From contig NC_057719.1 of NCBI RefSeq assembly GCF_004010195.1, positions 52,906,745 through 52,970,744 of the forward strand: a stretch of DNA of 64,000 nucleotides, given 5' to 3'. How positions within the stretch are numbered: position 1 is the stretch's first letter; the number at the start of each line of letters is the position of its first letter. Under the pieces are notes generated by a model that searched no databases, was not told the origin of the DNA, and saw only the letters and a list, made by a program, of their open reading frames with translations. This document shows, piece after piece, positions 46,203-60,120 of this stretch. The position numbers and the translations under genes are program-made. This DNA is from Chiloscyllium plagiosum. Taxonomy: Eukaryota.

Positions 46203-48227
46203 GGGCTGAATATTAGATTTTTGCGGCTGTCAATTCTGTTGAGTTTGATGGAGGGTTTCTATATCGCTGTAGAGAATTTTCTTCCTGTATTTGAATGAAC
46301 TCACCTCATTATCTACCTACTCACCCCTATTATCTGATTCTAGCCCAATCCTAAAACATGTAATTCCCAAAACAACTTGTCTTTGCCGGGATATTCCGGT
46401 ATGGACTAATATCCCAGCTGGTGGTGCAGTCTTTTAAAGGCAGTTAAAGTGGATCTGCCCTGAAAGCTTCCTGATGTTTGCCCTGGACATGGAGTGAAGA
46501 GAGAATTGAAAGTTTGTAGACAGGGACCTGGAGGTCCTGGTGAAAGGGATGGGGGCCAAAGGGGGACATCTTCTTCCCCCATGTTGAGTAGTGGAGGCCA
46601 GGATACCAAACCATGTCTGCCAAGGTTACCATCCAGGTCAGTGCAGGTCTCAGCCATCCAGCCAAATGCAGAGTATTGCCAGAGGAAGTTCAATCGTCTT
46701 TGCCAGTGTAAGTGGCTTCATCATCTCGCTGATCCCTCCTAATCTCTCTATGTCTGCTCCTGCACATTTCATCCAACAGGATTCATGTTCTACTAATCTC
46801 ATTACTACGTCTTTTCTCATGCAGTCTCACCCACCCTGACCCCCAGTACCACTAACTCTGCATGCTCTCCACACTGGCTACTCACTTGTTCATAACACGT
46901 TCCCGCCTGCATCAACACTAACAGCTGTGCCACCCACTTTCATCTTGAAGAATACCTGCCTATCTCTCATTCGGGGAGAAAATCGGCCCACAATAAATGG
47001 GGCATGTTTTCAAAGAGGTAGATGCAGGTCTTGTGACTTAAAGGATTAAGGGATTTGGGGGATGGTGGAATTGGATATTGAACTCAATGAGTATGGTCAT
47101 ATTGAACAGGGCAGCAGGCTTTAAGGATCGAATGATCTACTCTACCTCCTATCTTTTATGTTTCTATATTTAAGAAGTCAAGTAGGATAGTGGGTGCTGA
47201 CATTTGGCTCCTCAGCCTCTGACCTCCCCAAGTGGCTGACATACTATATCCGAGCTCCTGAACTGATATTGGAGATACCCTTAACTTAATGTGCTAGGAC
47301 ACCTTTACTGAAGTCTATCTATCCTAAGTTGATTGAAGACTGCTAACAACTTTGACAAGCTCCCTGGCCAAATGGTAAGGCTATGCACTGTGAGCTTGTT
47401 ATCTCTGGCTGGGAGGTACAGTCCAAAAAGGCAAGGCAGGGCAAGGCGAAAATGCTATGAGCTTCCTGGTCAGCTCAAACTGAATGAGCAGTAAGAGAGC
47501 AGGTGAACAGTCCAGAGATACAGCCTTGTCCTGTCTCCAAGCTTGTGTGAGTCAATGAGTGTAAAAAAATCCTTGCTGTAGTTTTACAACGATAGTTGCC
47601 AGTGAGCCCTGAGGTGCAGCATTGGAGTATAAAACTGCCCTCTATGTGAATGGGAGGTGTCCCATGAGGCTCGCACATGTTGAATGTCAAGTCCCTGTAC
47701 ATGCATGTGGCCTGTGCCCATGTAATGTGCTCTGCTCTGAGATATTGGTATCCAACATGGAGGCCCATTGGAGCGAGCAGTGAGCTGCAGCCATTATATA
47801 TGTTTTTTTTACTTAGATTACTTACTTAAATTACTTACAGTGTGGAAACAGGCCCTTCGGTCCAACAAGTCCACACCGACCCACCGAAGCACAACCCACC
47901 TATACCCCTTCACTTACCGCTTCACCTAACACTACGGGCAGTTTAGCATGGCCAATTGTTCTCTGACATCCATGTCAAAAAATATTGATATCTAATTTTC
48001 TCACCAGAAAGCTCTGTATTAATGAGGAAAATCTGCAGACAAAATAAACACCCTTTATAGCCAACTCATCGCTGCCTAGCGACAATCTTGTCTCAATGTC
48101 TGCAACTTCATCAAAAAATATGACAGGCTGGTCCCAATATCAAGTGGGTCTCACTGGATTTCTTGTGTGGCTCTACCAGATTTCTTGCCTTTGCCCACAT
48201 TGTTCAGGTCCCTGTAAGTTTCTGCCC
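46203..48227 (+). mobile_element. Decayed PIF/Harbinger-like DNA transposon with a Myb/SANT-like remnant
   Basis: Short TIRs GGGCTGAATATT and (reverse complement) GGGCAGAAACTT, 9/12. Flanks TTA/TCA. Peptides KFVDRDLEVLVKGM and VSAIQPNAEYCQRKFNRL. Confidence 0.6.
47810..47957 (-). mobile_element. HE1-like SINE 3' fragment
   Basis: CAGTGTGGAAACAGGCCCTTCGGTCCAACAAGTCCACACCGACCC...TTTAGCATGGCCAATT, with an (ACTT)-rich tail. Confidence 0.9.
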
Positions 48228-49351
48228 TCAGTGACTGAACTTGATGTTTATTAATCATGCAACTCAAAAACAAATCACAAAATACACCTAAAACCACTTC
48301 AGCTCAGAATTAGTGTTCTGTATGGAGTGTAGTTTTAGGGGGATTCTTTTAGAATAGCTATAAACTACATGAGATCTACTGACAATCATCAAAAAGTGCA
48401 GAGCTGCAGATCTCAATACCAAATATTGGGTTTCCATGGCTCAACAATTTGGGCGTATAACAGAGACAGCATGCCTGGTCCAAATAAATATACATAGCCA
48501 ACAGAGACACATCTGAACCCCTGGTGAAAGTCAATGGGGCAGTGGGGTGTTCCACCCTGGTATCATGATCCAAAAATAATTAAAGTTGTTTTTTCATTGT
48601 GGTGACTTTATAAATCTGTTTTTTGAGAAGGGAAATTGTTAAGTGATATCCTGGACATACCTAATATCACTCAGACTTCCTTCCCGTATTGTCCCAATAA
48701 AAGAATGTCTGTTGGGAATATTGATGAAGATTTCTAGTGGCTAATGCATCTCAGCAGTTCCAACATCATGCACCCAAAAGCATAATCTGTGTGAATTAAT
48801 CAATCATACAAATATTTCAATTCAGAGGAGACAATTATCGATCTTCTTCTACTTAATTATGAATCCAAAGATACACTACAATGTATGTTTCCATCTGGAT
48901 GTACATATATATCTGGATATGGATATATATTTTTCATTTAATTAACAAATATAAAGTTTATATCAATGATATTTTCCAACAATATTAAACAAGCTGCTGG
49001 TACCTATGTTCATTTTTATGTGGTTTAAATGTTACTCTATTATTCAGAGTTAGACAATAAGGTTTGTATTTTTCAGTATTTAGTATTCAAAACAACATTT
49101 TTTTCTGACTGTAACCATGTCACATTGCTACTTCTTGTCCTCTCCGAGTTCTCCACAATATTTAAATGGTCAGCAAAATCCTGTAGCTCTGTTATTTCTC
49201 CACTGTATACCTCTGTCAGATTTCCGTTATTTCTTTTTAATCTTATTTATCTGATTATAATTAGAGTCTCACTAATAAATGGCTTCTTTTTCTATGTCCT
49301 CCCACCACCATCGCCAGACGGCACAAGGCACTATTATCAGCAGAAATGGGA

Positions 49352-49681
49352 TCAGATTAGATTTCCTACAGTATGGATACAGGCCCTTTGGCCCAGCAAG
49401 TCCATACCGATCCTCCGAACAGTAACCCACCCAGACCCATTTTCCCACCCCATATTCACCCCTGACTAATGACCCAACTCCGTGGGCAATTTAGCATGGC
49501 CAATTCACCTGACCTGCACATCTCTGGATTGTGGGAGGAAACCGGAACACCCGGAGAAAACCCACGCAGACATGAGGAGAGTGTGCAAACTCCACATAGA
49601 CAGTCGCCCGAGGCTGGAATCAAACCCAGGTCCCTGGAGCTGTGAGGCAGCATTGCTAACCGCTGAGTCACCGTGCCACCC
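49352..49681 (-). mobile_element. HE1-like V-SINE, full length
   Basis: Minus head GGTGGCACGGTGACTCAGCGGTTAGC, V core, and tail CTGTAGGAAATCTAATCTGA. Confidence 0.94.
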
Positions 49682-50132
49682 TTAAACCTTATGCTTCCAT
49701 ACACCCTAGTTTTAACTCTGCACAACCACTTTCAACCTTGCACTGCATTTATGTCATCAGATTGCTTGGTTGATTTCCCATCCTGGAGTCACAATTTCCT
49801 TCTGATTGTCTTCATGAAGACCCAAGCCATCTTTTTCCATTCAGCACAATTCTGTTCCCTTGCCACTGATTTCATGTCTCTCGCTGGTCACTGACTGAAC
49901 CTGGACCAGAATGTTCATGATTTCCATTCTTGGTCATGTCTTCAGCCACCTAGACCTTACATATTAGTATGCCCTCCTGAAATACATCACTTTCCCATCT
50001 TCCAACAGCTCTTTAAAACCCACGTTTCTCCAATCTGTTAGTCACTCTTTTGCTTTGTTCATTTTTTAGCTTGGTATCCATCTTATTTAACTGTCCCCCT
50101 TGGAAACATTTTGGAATGTAAATGTACTTTGT

Positions 50133-50233
50133 AAACAAAATTACAAATTGCTGGAAAAGCTTAGCAGGTTTGGCAGCATCTGTGAAGAGAAATCAGAGTT
50201 AACATGTTGGGTCCAATGACCCTTCCTCAGAAC
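50133..50233 (-). mobile_element. Family-2 PLE-derived hammerhead repeat
   Basis: Minus strand GTT-CTGAGGA-A-GGGTC-ATTG-GACCC-AACA-TG-TT-AAC. Confidence 0.82.
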
Positions 50234-51287
50234 CCTTGTAAATGTTAGTTGTTGGTGTTGTTGAAGTGAGCTTTTTTGATGTTATCATGATGTATATTTT
50301 AATTCATCAACTGAAAAGATTCTATCACTGTAAATATACAAGAACATTCTTATCAAGCTTATGAGTTATTCTTGCAGATGAATATTTTTTCCAAGCTGAC
50401 TCTTAATTAGTGGCTGCATTGGATAAACTTGAAGATAAACTTTTAAAAATTTCTCTTCTTTTTTTCAAAATGTTCAGGTAGATGATCTTAAAGGATTTTT
50501 GTGAGCTTTGATGAACATAAATCAATTATTATCATTATTTATTTGCTGTCATAAAAATGTATCATGATTTACACCATTACCTACAAGATATGCAGTATCT
50601 TGGCACTATTCGAAACATAGTGCTATATTTCTTTTTATTCTTGTTGCGTCTAACACTGACTCATCCTTTCCTTAATGGCTTCACTACTGTGTAGTTAAAC
50701 ATGAGCAATGAAGTGTTAGAACTTGGAAATTTGCTCTGACTTGGATCATCAGACAGCACACCAATCTTACTGTTCTGGCTTGTGTGTTGTTTATGAGCAT
50801 ATTGGCATATTATTTTTAGCGTATTTTCTTGATACAAATTCAACAGCTACACATGAGTGAAAACAGTTTTTAATCTTAGTCACAATTACTTTATCAAAAG
50901 TAAGTAGCTTTGTCTACCTTTGTTTTGATATCTGGACTTTGAATATTTGTGTTTTTTTCTTTTTGGAAATGGTTCTTTTTCAATCTGTTTTAAATCTGAT
51001 TTTATTCAAGTAAAACTTTCCATATTTTTAATTGGTGAATTGTTTGCATTTTAGCATTAATAGTTTGTATAAATAATAGTCTGCTCAAATTACTTGCCAA
51101 TTACATCAATTAAGTGTATTTTAAAGGTGAATATTTCAGGAAAGAGACATATTTTAATGCTTGGATTATTGGTAATAAAGTCTATGAGGTAATTAGTTAG
51201 ATAAAAATTAATCATTCATAATTCCTCTTCAGTTTGTGAACTTGTTTAAAAAGTATCGTTTAAAGCTAAATGGAAATCTAACAGAGA

Positions 51288-51652
51288 GGCTTTCAAAATC
51301 ATGAATGGGCTGAATAGAGTAACTAGGGAGAAACTATTCTGCAGCAAAAAAACCCAAGAACAACAGAGCATAGATTTAAAATGATCTGCAAAAGAAGCAA
51401 GGGTGAAGTTGGGAGAAATGGTTTCAATGAGCGCACAGTTATGGTGTGGAATGCATTGCCTGGATGTGTGGTGCAGGCAGGTTCAGTTGAGGCATTCAAG
51501 AGGGCATTGGATGACTATTTGGATCAAAGTGATTTGCCAGGATATGGGGGAAAAGCAGCAAATTGGAATGAGGCAATGATACTCATTTAAGAAGCTGGTG
51601 CAGGTGCACTAGGCAGAATGGTCACCTATGCTGTAACTTTTCTGTGATTCAG
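51288..51652 (+). mobile_element. Old CR1-like 3' fragment
   Basis: ORF 51381 (KGEVGRNGFNERTVMVWNALPGCVVQAGSVEAFKRALDDYLD). Confidence 0.85.
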
Positions 51653-52653
51653 TGAGAATGAGGACGATTTTAAAAGAGGTTACAAATTGTTGATTTTCAT
51701 ACTTTGCTGGCCATAAAAAGTATCTAATAGGGAGATTGCAAAAAGATTTATCTCAACATAAAATGCTATTTTTCATATAAAAATATCAATATGCATAATT
51801 AGATGCCAATGATGGCATTGTCCACAACAATAGTTAATGGAGCTATGCAGCTTACAATACTGAATATTCTTTTAGAAACAATCCCAACATTAACAGGTGT
51901 AATTGCATTTCAGGAGATTAAAAAGCTTGTCTTTTCCTGGTCTACCTCTACATATAATAAACCTTATTTTGGCAATGTATTGTGTTGACAGTGATAAAAT
52001 GGGCATAACTAGGCAGAGAAAACAGAGCAATGCCATTGTGTTCTTCAGCAAATTTGAGTAAAAATTCAATTAACAAAGAAACACATTGCAGAAGATTAAA
52101 GTGATCGCAGGTAAAAATGGAAAATGATTTTGTTTCTTCAATACGCCTCAACTTAATAATCTTCTACCAAATATCACTCACTTGCAAGTGATGCAGAGAA
52201 TCATTTAACTTTGGGTCAACTTAAAAATAAATATTAATAGAAACAAAGATTCATTAAAAATACAAATCTAATATAACACTTTGACATAAGTAATCATTAG
52301 GAATATTGTCCAAGTCTATTCTGGAATGCCAGAACCTCAGCAGTCATGCTGCTATGCATTGTAACAGAATTTTCACCTCCAAAGCATGTTCATAATTATG
52401 GGGATAAAGTAGGAGAAGTCATAAGGAAACTTAACCCTCTCCACAAATGAAAAATGTTTCCACATATTTTCAGCATGGACAGACAATGGTTTAATTTCAG
52501 CTTCTGCTGTATCTGAGTGCATGGTTGTAATTGATATCCCAATATATTTATTATGGCAATAAAATGGCCTGGTTTCCTCTGATTGGAACTTGTACTGAAG
52601 AATTTAGAAAAATTCAAACAGAAATAACAAACATAAGATATCTGAGGAAACGT

Positions 52654-52790
52654 ACTGAGGAAGGGTCACTGGACCCAAAACATTAACTCTGATTTCTCTC
52701 CACAGATGTTGCTACATTGGCTGAGCTTTTCCAGGATTTTAATTTTTATTTCTTAAATACAGCATCTGCAGTTCTTTATGTTTTTATTTA
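52654..52790 (+). mobile_element. Family-2 PLE-derived hammerhead repeat
   Basis: CTGAGGA-A-GGGTC-ACTG-GACCC-AAAA-CA-TT-AACTCTGATTTCTCTCCACAGATG. Confidence 0.82.
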
Positions 52791-52996
52791 ACATGAGACA
52801 TCCACACTCAAAAACTTTCAAGTAAGCATTTTTGACACCAAAGCCTGTCTATCATCTACCAGGTACCAAGTGTGATGAAATGCTCACTACCTTGTCTGAA
52901 GAATGCAGCTTCAACAATGTTCAAGAAGCTCAACATCATCCATGACACAAACCCATATAATAGGATCTCCCACTGATGCATAATTGTAGTACTCGG

Positions 52997-53664
52997 TGTT
53001 ATCAATGAGGTCAGACCCCCTCAAAGCATTTCAAGAAAGTAGCCCAGACCCTAATTTTCCCAGTTGTTTCAAGCAGGTGTAGAGCAGATATTCCAGGAGT
53101 GATGCAGCTGATCAAACCACTTAGTTTTAAAGAAGCAGAATTTATTTACAAGGTTACTAAATGAAACACAAACAAAAGAGTACAGAATATAGAATAACTT
53201 AACCTATCCAAAAACCCAACAGATTATCCCAACTTAATGATGCTGTTCCAAATACTTGCCACAATCACCAAAAACACCCCCTGGCAAAAAAAGTAAAATC
53301 AAACACAGGGTCTTATAGGAGAGAGAGAGAGAGAGAGAGATGGAAGAGAGATTTAGCATGAAACACCTTCTTCCATGGAGCTGGTTCTTGGTCCAGCAGC
53401 CTCAAAACTGACTGTCTAGCAGCTCTGAACCCAAACCAAACCAGAGCAAAGCTAAACTCGGAGAACTGGCCACTCCCCTTTCATTGTACAAGTGTTTCTT
53501 TTAAAATTGAAAGTCTTCTTCTTGAGGCAGTATCTGTTAGCTATAATCAAATTGGCCCTAAAACCCATCCAAGCCAGATCTTTCAGAATCGCTGCTCTTA
53601 CAATCTCTGTGGGAAAAAAAAGTCAAAGACAGCATTACCTTCTTAAAGGATCAGCATCGTCACA
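52997..53664 (-). mobile_element. Probable solo LTR (about 670 bp), same family as 19964-20562, inserted in an old LINE tail
   Basis: TGTTATC...CGTCACA termini, collinear similarity to 19964-20562, internal (GA)n, and minus-strand AATAAA near 53141. Confidence 0.75.
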
Positions 53665-54714
53665 AGTACCATAAACAAGATGAACAGCAATAACTTGTCT
53701 CAGCAAAATCAAGTGCATATTTCAAACTTGTGATCACTGGCCCTAAAAAGCCAAAAGCAGCAAATGTAAGTCAAATTTCTCCCACTCCATTTTCACTTGG
53801 AATTATATTGCATTCCTTCAATGTGGTTTGATTAAAAACTTAAATGCCCTAAGTACTGTGACTACACCTGCAAAACATGAAAGTTGCAACAGTTTAAGAA
53901 AGTGACTCAACTTCACTTTCTCAAGAGTAAATATAGATGGGCAATTAAAGATTGACTTAGTCAGCAATATCCATATCCCTTGACTAATTCAAAAAAGTGG
54001 TACAAATGTCAAGAGTCCAAAGACAAAATTGTGCAACACACCTTCAGGCTGCCTATTGAAAATTGATTGCATTCTCTGAATATTCTGTAAGCAGTGTTTA
54101 TTGAAATATTTGGCAAAGCAAGCCCTCTGTTCATGACATCAATACATGTAACTCTGAGCACACTTGTAAACACTCAAGATATGTGTGCTGACAGGGGTGC
54201 CCTCACAAACCAGGTGATACAGCTTTTCAGGCAGAAAATCGGGAACATCAATACTGATGCCCCAATCTCAGATCTACATTTATTGTGTAATGAAGGCTTT
54301 AACTAGTTTTCTCTTGGAGGAATAATAGCAGGTCTATTTTTAGATCACGGATTTAACTGGTGTAATGGTCACATCACCTGCCGAGTGGCAGCTTTGAGAA
54401 GTTTAAACCTTTTAATTACTCAGGCCTTATCAACATTATTTTGCTAAACTGTCAGTGCTTATCTAATAGCAAGATGCAGGGCACCAACTGAAAAGCTGGA
54501 AAATCTGGCTGCCCTCTCACAGAGCTGAGCTTCAAGAGACGGGAGACAATCCTGAGGAGTAGGGGCAGAGGATAATCACTAAGCAACCAGCATGGGATGT
54601 CAAGACATGAGTGAGTCAAGATGGCCCCATGTGTGGTCATAATAATCATTGGCAATGCTATTTTATTGTCAATTACATGAAAAGAACAGCACAAATTATC
54701 CTATGTAAGAATAA

Positions 54715-54812
54715 CTGTAGGAAGTGCTGGGGAAACTCAGCAGGTCTGGCAGCATCTGTGGAGGGAGAAACAGAGTTAAGGTTTCAAGTATGATATGAGT
54801 CTTCTTCAGAAC
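54715..54812 (-). mobile_element. Family-2-like hammerhead repeat (degraded)
   Basis: GCTGGGGAAACTCAGCAGGTCTGGCAGCATCTGTGG...CAGAGTTAAGGTTTCAAG...CTTCTTCAGAAC. Confidence 0.75.
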
Positions 54813-56972
54813 CCGTCTTTAAGGATGACTGGCTCGGGTATTTCACATCTGCTACATGGTGATTGGTTTGGGACCTTGAAACTAGTGTGGGACCCTGAAT
54901 TCTTCTTTCTAAAGAAAAAGGCCAGTTGAAGCCACTTATGTTTAGAGTCTCTGAAAATTCAAGCTAGGTGGGTTTCAGGTGACCAATCTATTTGTCCATT
55001 TCCTTGCCGCTCTGTTTGTCACCATCATAAAAGCAGTGGGCCAATAATAAATCACACAACCTCCCCCATTCCTGTCAATTTAAATCCAGCCTTGTTTCAA
55101 TCAGACATCATCAATACATCCTCCCATCTAGTGAAATTGCTGTTGCTATTGTCATTGATCAAGGTTTATCCATATGTCAGTAGGTAATGAATGTGGTAAA
55201 CGCTGTGCAGTTTCCAATAAGAATGGTGATAGCCAAAAGTTAAATATGTCACTGTTGATGACAGAATGCTGCCTCTTCATGCCTGAGCACTTTGGAAGTC
55301 CTGGTATAGAGGTGAAGTTTTATTCATTTCTACTAGTTTGTTCCAAGGGGAGGAAAAATATTCTTACATTAAACTTTTCCACTTTGCAGGATGTGAAATG
55401 TCACCAATGTCCGCAGGCCATGTCCTCAGCAATGTGTCACATCTGTCAGTGAGCCATGTGATTCCATCTCTGAGCTGTGCTTATTAGTATTCCACCAAGG
55501 TACATATTTCATTCAATATCTGACAGTTTGTAGAGGCAAGACAGTTGCAGGGAAGGTTCTGTGTTGACTGCAGTGTCTGTTAGCAGAAAGAAACATTGAC
55601 TTTCTTGTAAGCAACACTTAAACTTGCATGTCTTGCAAAACAAATTAAAACTATCAAGCTGGTTTTGCACACTTAACCTATTAGTGATGAGATCTTTTTG
55701 CTGGAAAATCTTGATGTATGAAAAAAAAGCTGTATCCTCATTGTGAATGCCATGAAAACTGCAGTACATATTTCCTTCACCAGTATGTATTTAAAACAAT
55801 TCTGAGCATTTGTGTGCACTTTTCCCTTACTTCATTCTCCTGCAACTAAGGTTGATCTGTGCTGAAGGATATGGGTCAACTGAAGATATGATTAGAGAGA
55901 TCAGACAAATCTCCCTGCTGATGTTTGTCAGACCTCCGAGATGAAATGCAGTGTTCCTCTCAAAGAGGTGGCTGCAAATCGATAGGACTCAACCCAGAGA
56001 TAGTAAGGTTGGATTAACAGCTACTGCTGTCAAATTTGAATCCTGTGTCTGAGAGTGCTACATGGCACTGTTATTGCTGCCATGCTGCTGCAATTGCATT
56101 CAGTATATTTTCCTCTCTGAACATTTATTTTCATAGAGTTCTATGTTCTTTTTTTGGTATTATTTAGGGTAATTTGTCCCAGGCTTCATTGGAAAGGATG
56201 AATGGCCAAAAATTAGCAGACGTGCAAATAACATTACTGATGTTTTTTTGATCAAATAATTGTAGTACGTCAGTTTATTTTGTTTGAGAAAGAAAATCAT
56301 TGGAGAATTCATTAAGTCTTGTATGAGGTACTTTTCTCATTTAAATCAGTGTCTTTGCTCCTACAAATCCACCTGAAAGCCTATTTTATGTGGGGGCAAG
56401 AACTTCTAAACTTGATTTCTAAATTATATTTTTGCTGTTTGAAGCTATGGGCCTTTATTGTATGTTCATAATTTAAGACAAATAAATATCAAGGAATTAC
56501 CTTTTCTCTACTGTTTATCTTCTGATGAGATCAAATTTCAGACATTTTGTTTAGGCACAAAAATTTAGAAATATCCAGCCTCCTTTCAAAATGGTGTCCT
56601 CTGGTGGTAGGCGCAACTCCATCACTCATCACCGAGTCCACTCCAGATACCTTGTGTCTCAATGACCAGATATGAATCAACTCTTAGAAGGCAAAGTGCT
56701 GGAAATCTGAAGTAAGAATAAAAGGTGTTGGAAAAGGAGTTCTGTTGAAAGGTCTCTTGACCTGAAATATTAACTCTATTCTGTTCTAGTAATGGTACCT
56801 GATTCAGACTGCTTTACCAGCAATCTTTATTTTAATTTTATACTTGTTATAGATGAGGGAGGATAGATAAACTAAAATCCCCTGTTGTCTTTTCTTACTG
56901 TTCAAATGCTGGCTAGCGATGCTCTCATCCCATGAATGAATTAATAAAATAAAATTCAACCGTGGTTAATGA

Positions 56973-58584
56973 GGACTGAATGTTACCATATATTTGCTGA
57001 ACGTTAATTTGTTGAGAGTTATGGAGGATTTTGCTCCATGAGAACGAGTAAGATCTCTCGCTGTATCACTCCAAACTTGGAACATTAGTTATCTACTGCA
57101 CCTAAATGATGCCCCCTCACCCAATGCTAGCCCAATTCTACCAACTACCTGTACTGAGGAGATCTCACCACTCAGTGGGTATCCTAGAATCAACTGGTAT
57201 ACCTGGCACACATGTCATTTACAAAAGACCGTTGTGCCCCTGGAACAACACTGCCATTCTGTAGCTTTCTTGCTTGTTGAATGGCATTTCCCCAGTCATT
57301 GCAGACAAAGGGAAGTTGGCATTGTCCAAGGTTGGAACTTACGGCATTGCAGTCTTATTTGGAAGAATTTCTCTGCTCAGCCACAGTAAATGCTACCATC
57401 TTTTCTCTGCTATCTCACACTCATGCTGTTTATGCTACTACACAAACCTCCCACCATGGCTTGACCACCCTTACAAGTGCACGCAACATTTTCCCTCACT
57501 CGGTCTCACCCATTTCAACCCTTGTCTGTTCAAACCTTTCATGGTCTTTGCACTGACCACTCATTCAGTTGAGACACCTTGTCTAATTTCCAGCATTAAA
57601 ATAAACAACTGTGATACACACTTACATGTCACTTAATACCTCCCCTTTTCTTAGCCGAGAAGAAAACAGCTCATAGTCAAGCAGCAAGACTAAGACCAGA
57701 GATGGACTGCCTGATATTTGTCCGCTGACCTCTTATGAGGTGAGGACCCTGTCCTTGACTTCCGTTAGTAGTCTATTAACCATACTTAAGTCTCTGGACT
57801 GATACTGGAGGCAGTCCCTTGACTTGCTGGAGGATTACCAACACCCTGAAAGCTAGAAAGGCAAAACAAAGGGAATGTGGCAGAGAGAGTAAAGTGCAGC
57901 AAGGCAAGGTGAGGCAAGGGAGGGTCCTGTGCGTATCCAGGGAGGTATAAAATGAGTGAGTGCTAAGAGAACAATTGAGTTGCCCAACGATGCAACCTGG
58001 TCCTATCCATGAGCTGGGGAGTCTGGACAGGCAGGCAGTTGTTGGATGCCAGTGTCCCTGGATGTGGAGTGTGTGCAGCTTGGTGATCTAGAGCATGTCC
58101 AAGACAGCAGCCTGGAGGAACAAGCGATGAGCAAAAGTCACCAGGTACTCACTCTGACTTCCATGTCAGAAATTGTTGATGTCTACTTTCCTGGCGGTGG
58201 GTGGTAGAATAGGAAGCTGCATATTAATGAAGTAAAGTTTAGTGTTAACAATATCTCCACCAATGGGCATCTCACCAATCACCAATGGGAATCTCGTTTC
58301 AATGCCCAAAATTCTGTTTGAATTCAATGAGACATGCTTAACAAAAACTGAAAGAACTGCGGTTGATGGAATTCTGAAACAAAACCCTTCTGAAGAAGGG
58401 TCACTGGACCTGAAATGTTAACTCTGATTTCTCTCCCCAAATGCTGCCTGGCCGACTGAGATTTTCCAGCAATTTCTGCTTTTGAGACATTCTTGATATC
58501 CAGAAGGCATCACTTACCTTGTCATGTGAATATGCTAAATGTTTTGCCTTGCCCATTTCATTCAGGGCACAAAAGATTCAGCCC
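56973..58584 (+). mobile_element. Decayed Harbinger-like element related to 28324 and 46203
   Basis: The left end GGACTGAATG resembles 28324-28430. The right end (CTGACTTCCATGTCAG...ATATTAATGAAG...AAGATTCAGCCC) resembles 47960-48227. Confidence 0.5.
58345..58483 (+). mobile_element. Family-2 PLE-derived hammerhead repeat with a partial inverted tail
   Basis: TT-CTGAAGA-A-GGGTC-ACTG-GACCT-GAAA-TG-TT-AACT at about 58388-58423. Confidence 0.8.
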
Positions 58585-59389
58585 ATAGTCACCATTAGGC
58601 TAGCTTCTTAATCCCAGATCTTTATTGAATTCTAATTTAACAATTTACCATGCTGGGATTTGAAACCACATCTGTAGAACATTAGCCTGGGCTCTGGATT
58701 ACAAGTACAGTGAAATTTGATACGCCGCTGCCATCACTTAAACTGTTTAAGTGTGTAAATAAAGAGAGTTATCAGCTCACGCATTCAACCTGCAAGCTTA
58801 AATGTTGCATCAATAACTAACCCTCATCACCCACTCCCTCCACACACACAAAACAACAAAGGTACAATTAAAGCAAACAGTATATTTGTAGGCAGTAGGA
58901 TGCTCACATGCTGGGATTTTTTCTTAAGACTTCCTCTGGCGACCCAATAAAGGAAGGGATATTTTTATACTCTTGCATTGTAGTTCAAGTTTAAATAGCA
59001 GAAGTCAGATATCAACATTATCACATAATTTTCTTAAAGAGATACATGTTCAGCAAGCTAAACATTCAGCAAGATCACAAGCTAAACATTTGTGGTCATT
59101 GTACCATGAGGTCCAATTTCTTTACAGATGGATAAAAAAATTTTGGAATCATGCTTTTTTTTTCGCAAGTGCAACCTCCAGGTTCTTTAAGGTAAAGATG
59201 ACATTACCTGGTGTTGTAGCTGCTGTTTCTTTTGGTGTTCCCTGCAGACTGCAGGTCTTTCCAGGTCTTCAGGTACTAATGCCAGCTAGCTTTACACAAG
59301 TAAGCAGCACTTATGTGGTGCATCGAAAAGGCTAAGCTGAAGGCCATTTTAATACAACGGAGATAATAGTTACACTCCTCGCACTTAGA

Positions 59390-60120
59390 CCCTACATCCA
59401 CGCCAACCAGACACCCTAAATTAATCAGGCCCATTTGCCAGCACTTGGCCCATATCCTTCTGAACCCTTCTTATTCATGTACCCATCCAGATGCCTTTTA
59501 AATGTTGCAATTGTATCAGCCTCCACCACTTCCCCTAACAGTTCATTCCATACATACATCACTCTTAACGTGAAAAAGTTGCCCCTGAGGTTTCTTTTAT
59601 ATCTTTCCCCTCTTACCCTAAACCTATGCCCTCTAGTTCTGGACTCTTCCAACGAAGGGAAAAGACCTTTTCTCTTTACCCTATCTATGTCCCTCATGAT
59701 TTTATAAATGTCCATAAGGTCACCCCTCAGCCTCCGATGCTCCAAGGACTACAGCACCAGCCTATTCAGTCTTTCCTTGTAGCTCAAACCCTCCAATCCT
59801 GGCCACATCCTTGTAAATCTTTTCTGAACCCTTTCAAGTTTCTCAATATCCTTCCTAAGCAGGGAGACCAGAATTACACACAATATTCCAAAAGTGGCCT
59901 AACCAATATCCTATATAGCCGCAACATGACCTCCCAACTCCTGTACTCAATACTCTGACCAACAAAGGAAAGCATACCAAACACCTTCTTCACTATCCTA
60001 TCCACCTTCGGCTCCTCTTTCAAGGAGCTATGAACCTGCACTCCAAGGTCTCTTTGTTCAACAGCCATCCCCAGAACCTTCCCATTAAGTGTATAAGTCC
60101 TGCACAGAATTGCCTTTTTA
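59390..60120 (-). mobile_element. HER1/CR1-like LINE 3' fragment
   Basis: ORFs 59874-60068 (QRDLGVQVH...LVRPLLEYCV) and 59425-59745 (RRLRGDLMDIYKIM...NFFTLRVMYVWNEL). Confidence 0.94.

Noticed and set aside
49029..49469. 146-aa hydrophobic ORF as a membrane protein
   Set aside because: T-rich low-complexity DNA running into an antisense HE1 SINE tail.
58258..58297. Three CCAAT boxes in a short tandem duplication
   Set aside because: Lies inside a decayed transposon with no other promoter evidence.
59200..59300. Possible minus-strand exon ending at CAG/GTAATG
   Set aside because: Weak acceptor, ambiguous frame, no recognisable peptide.
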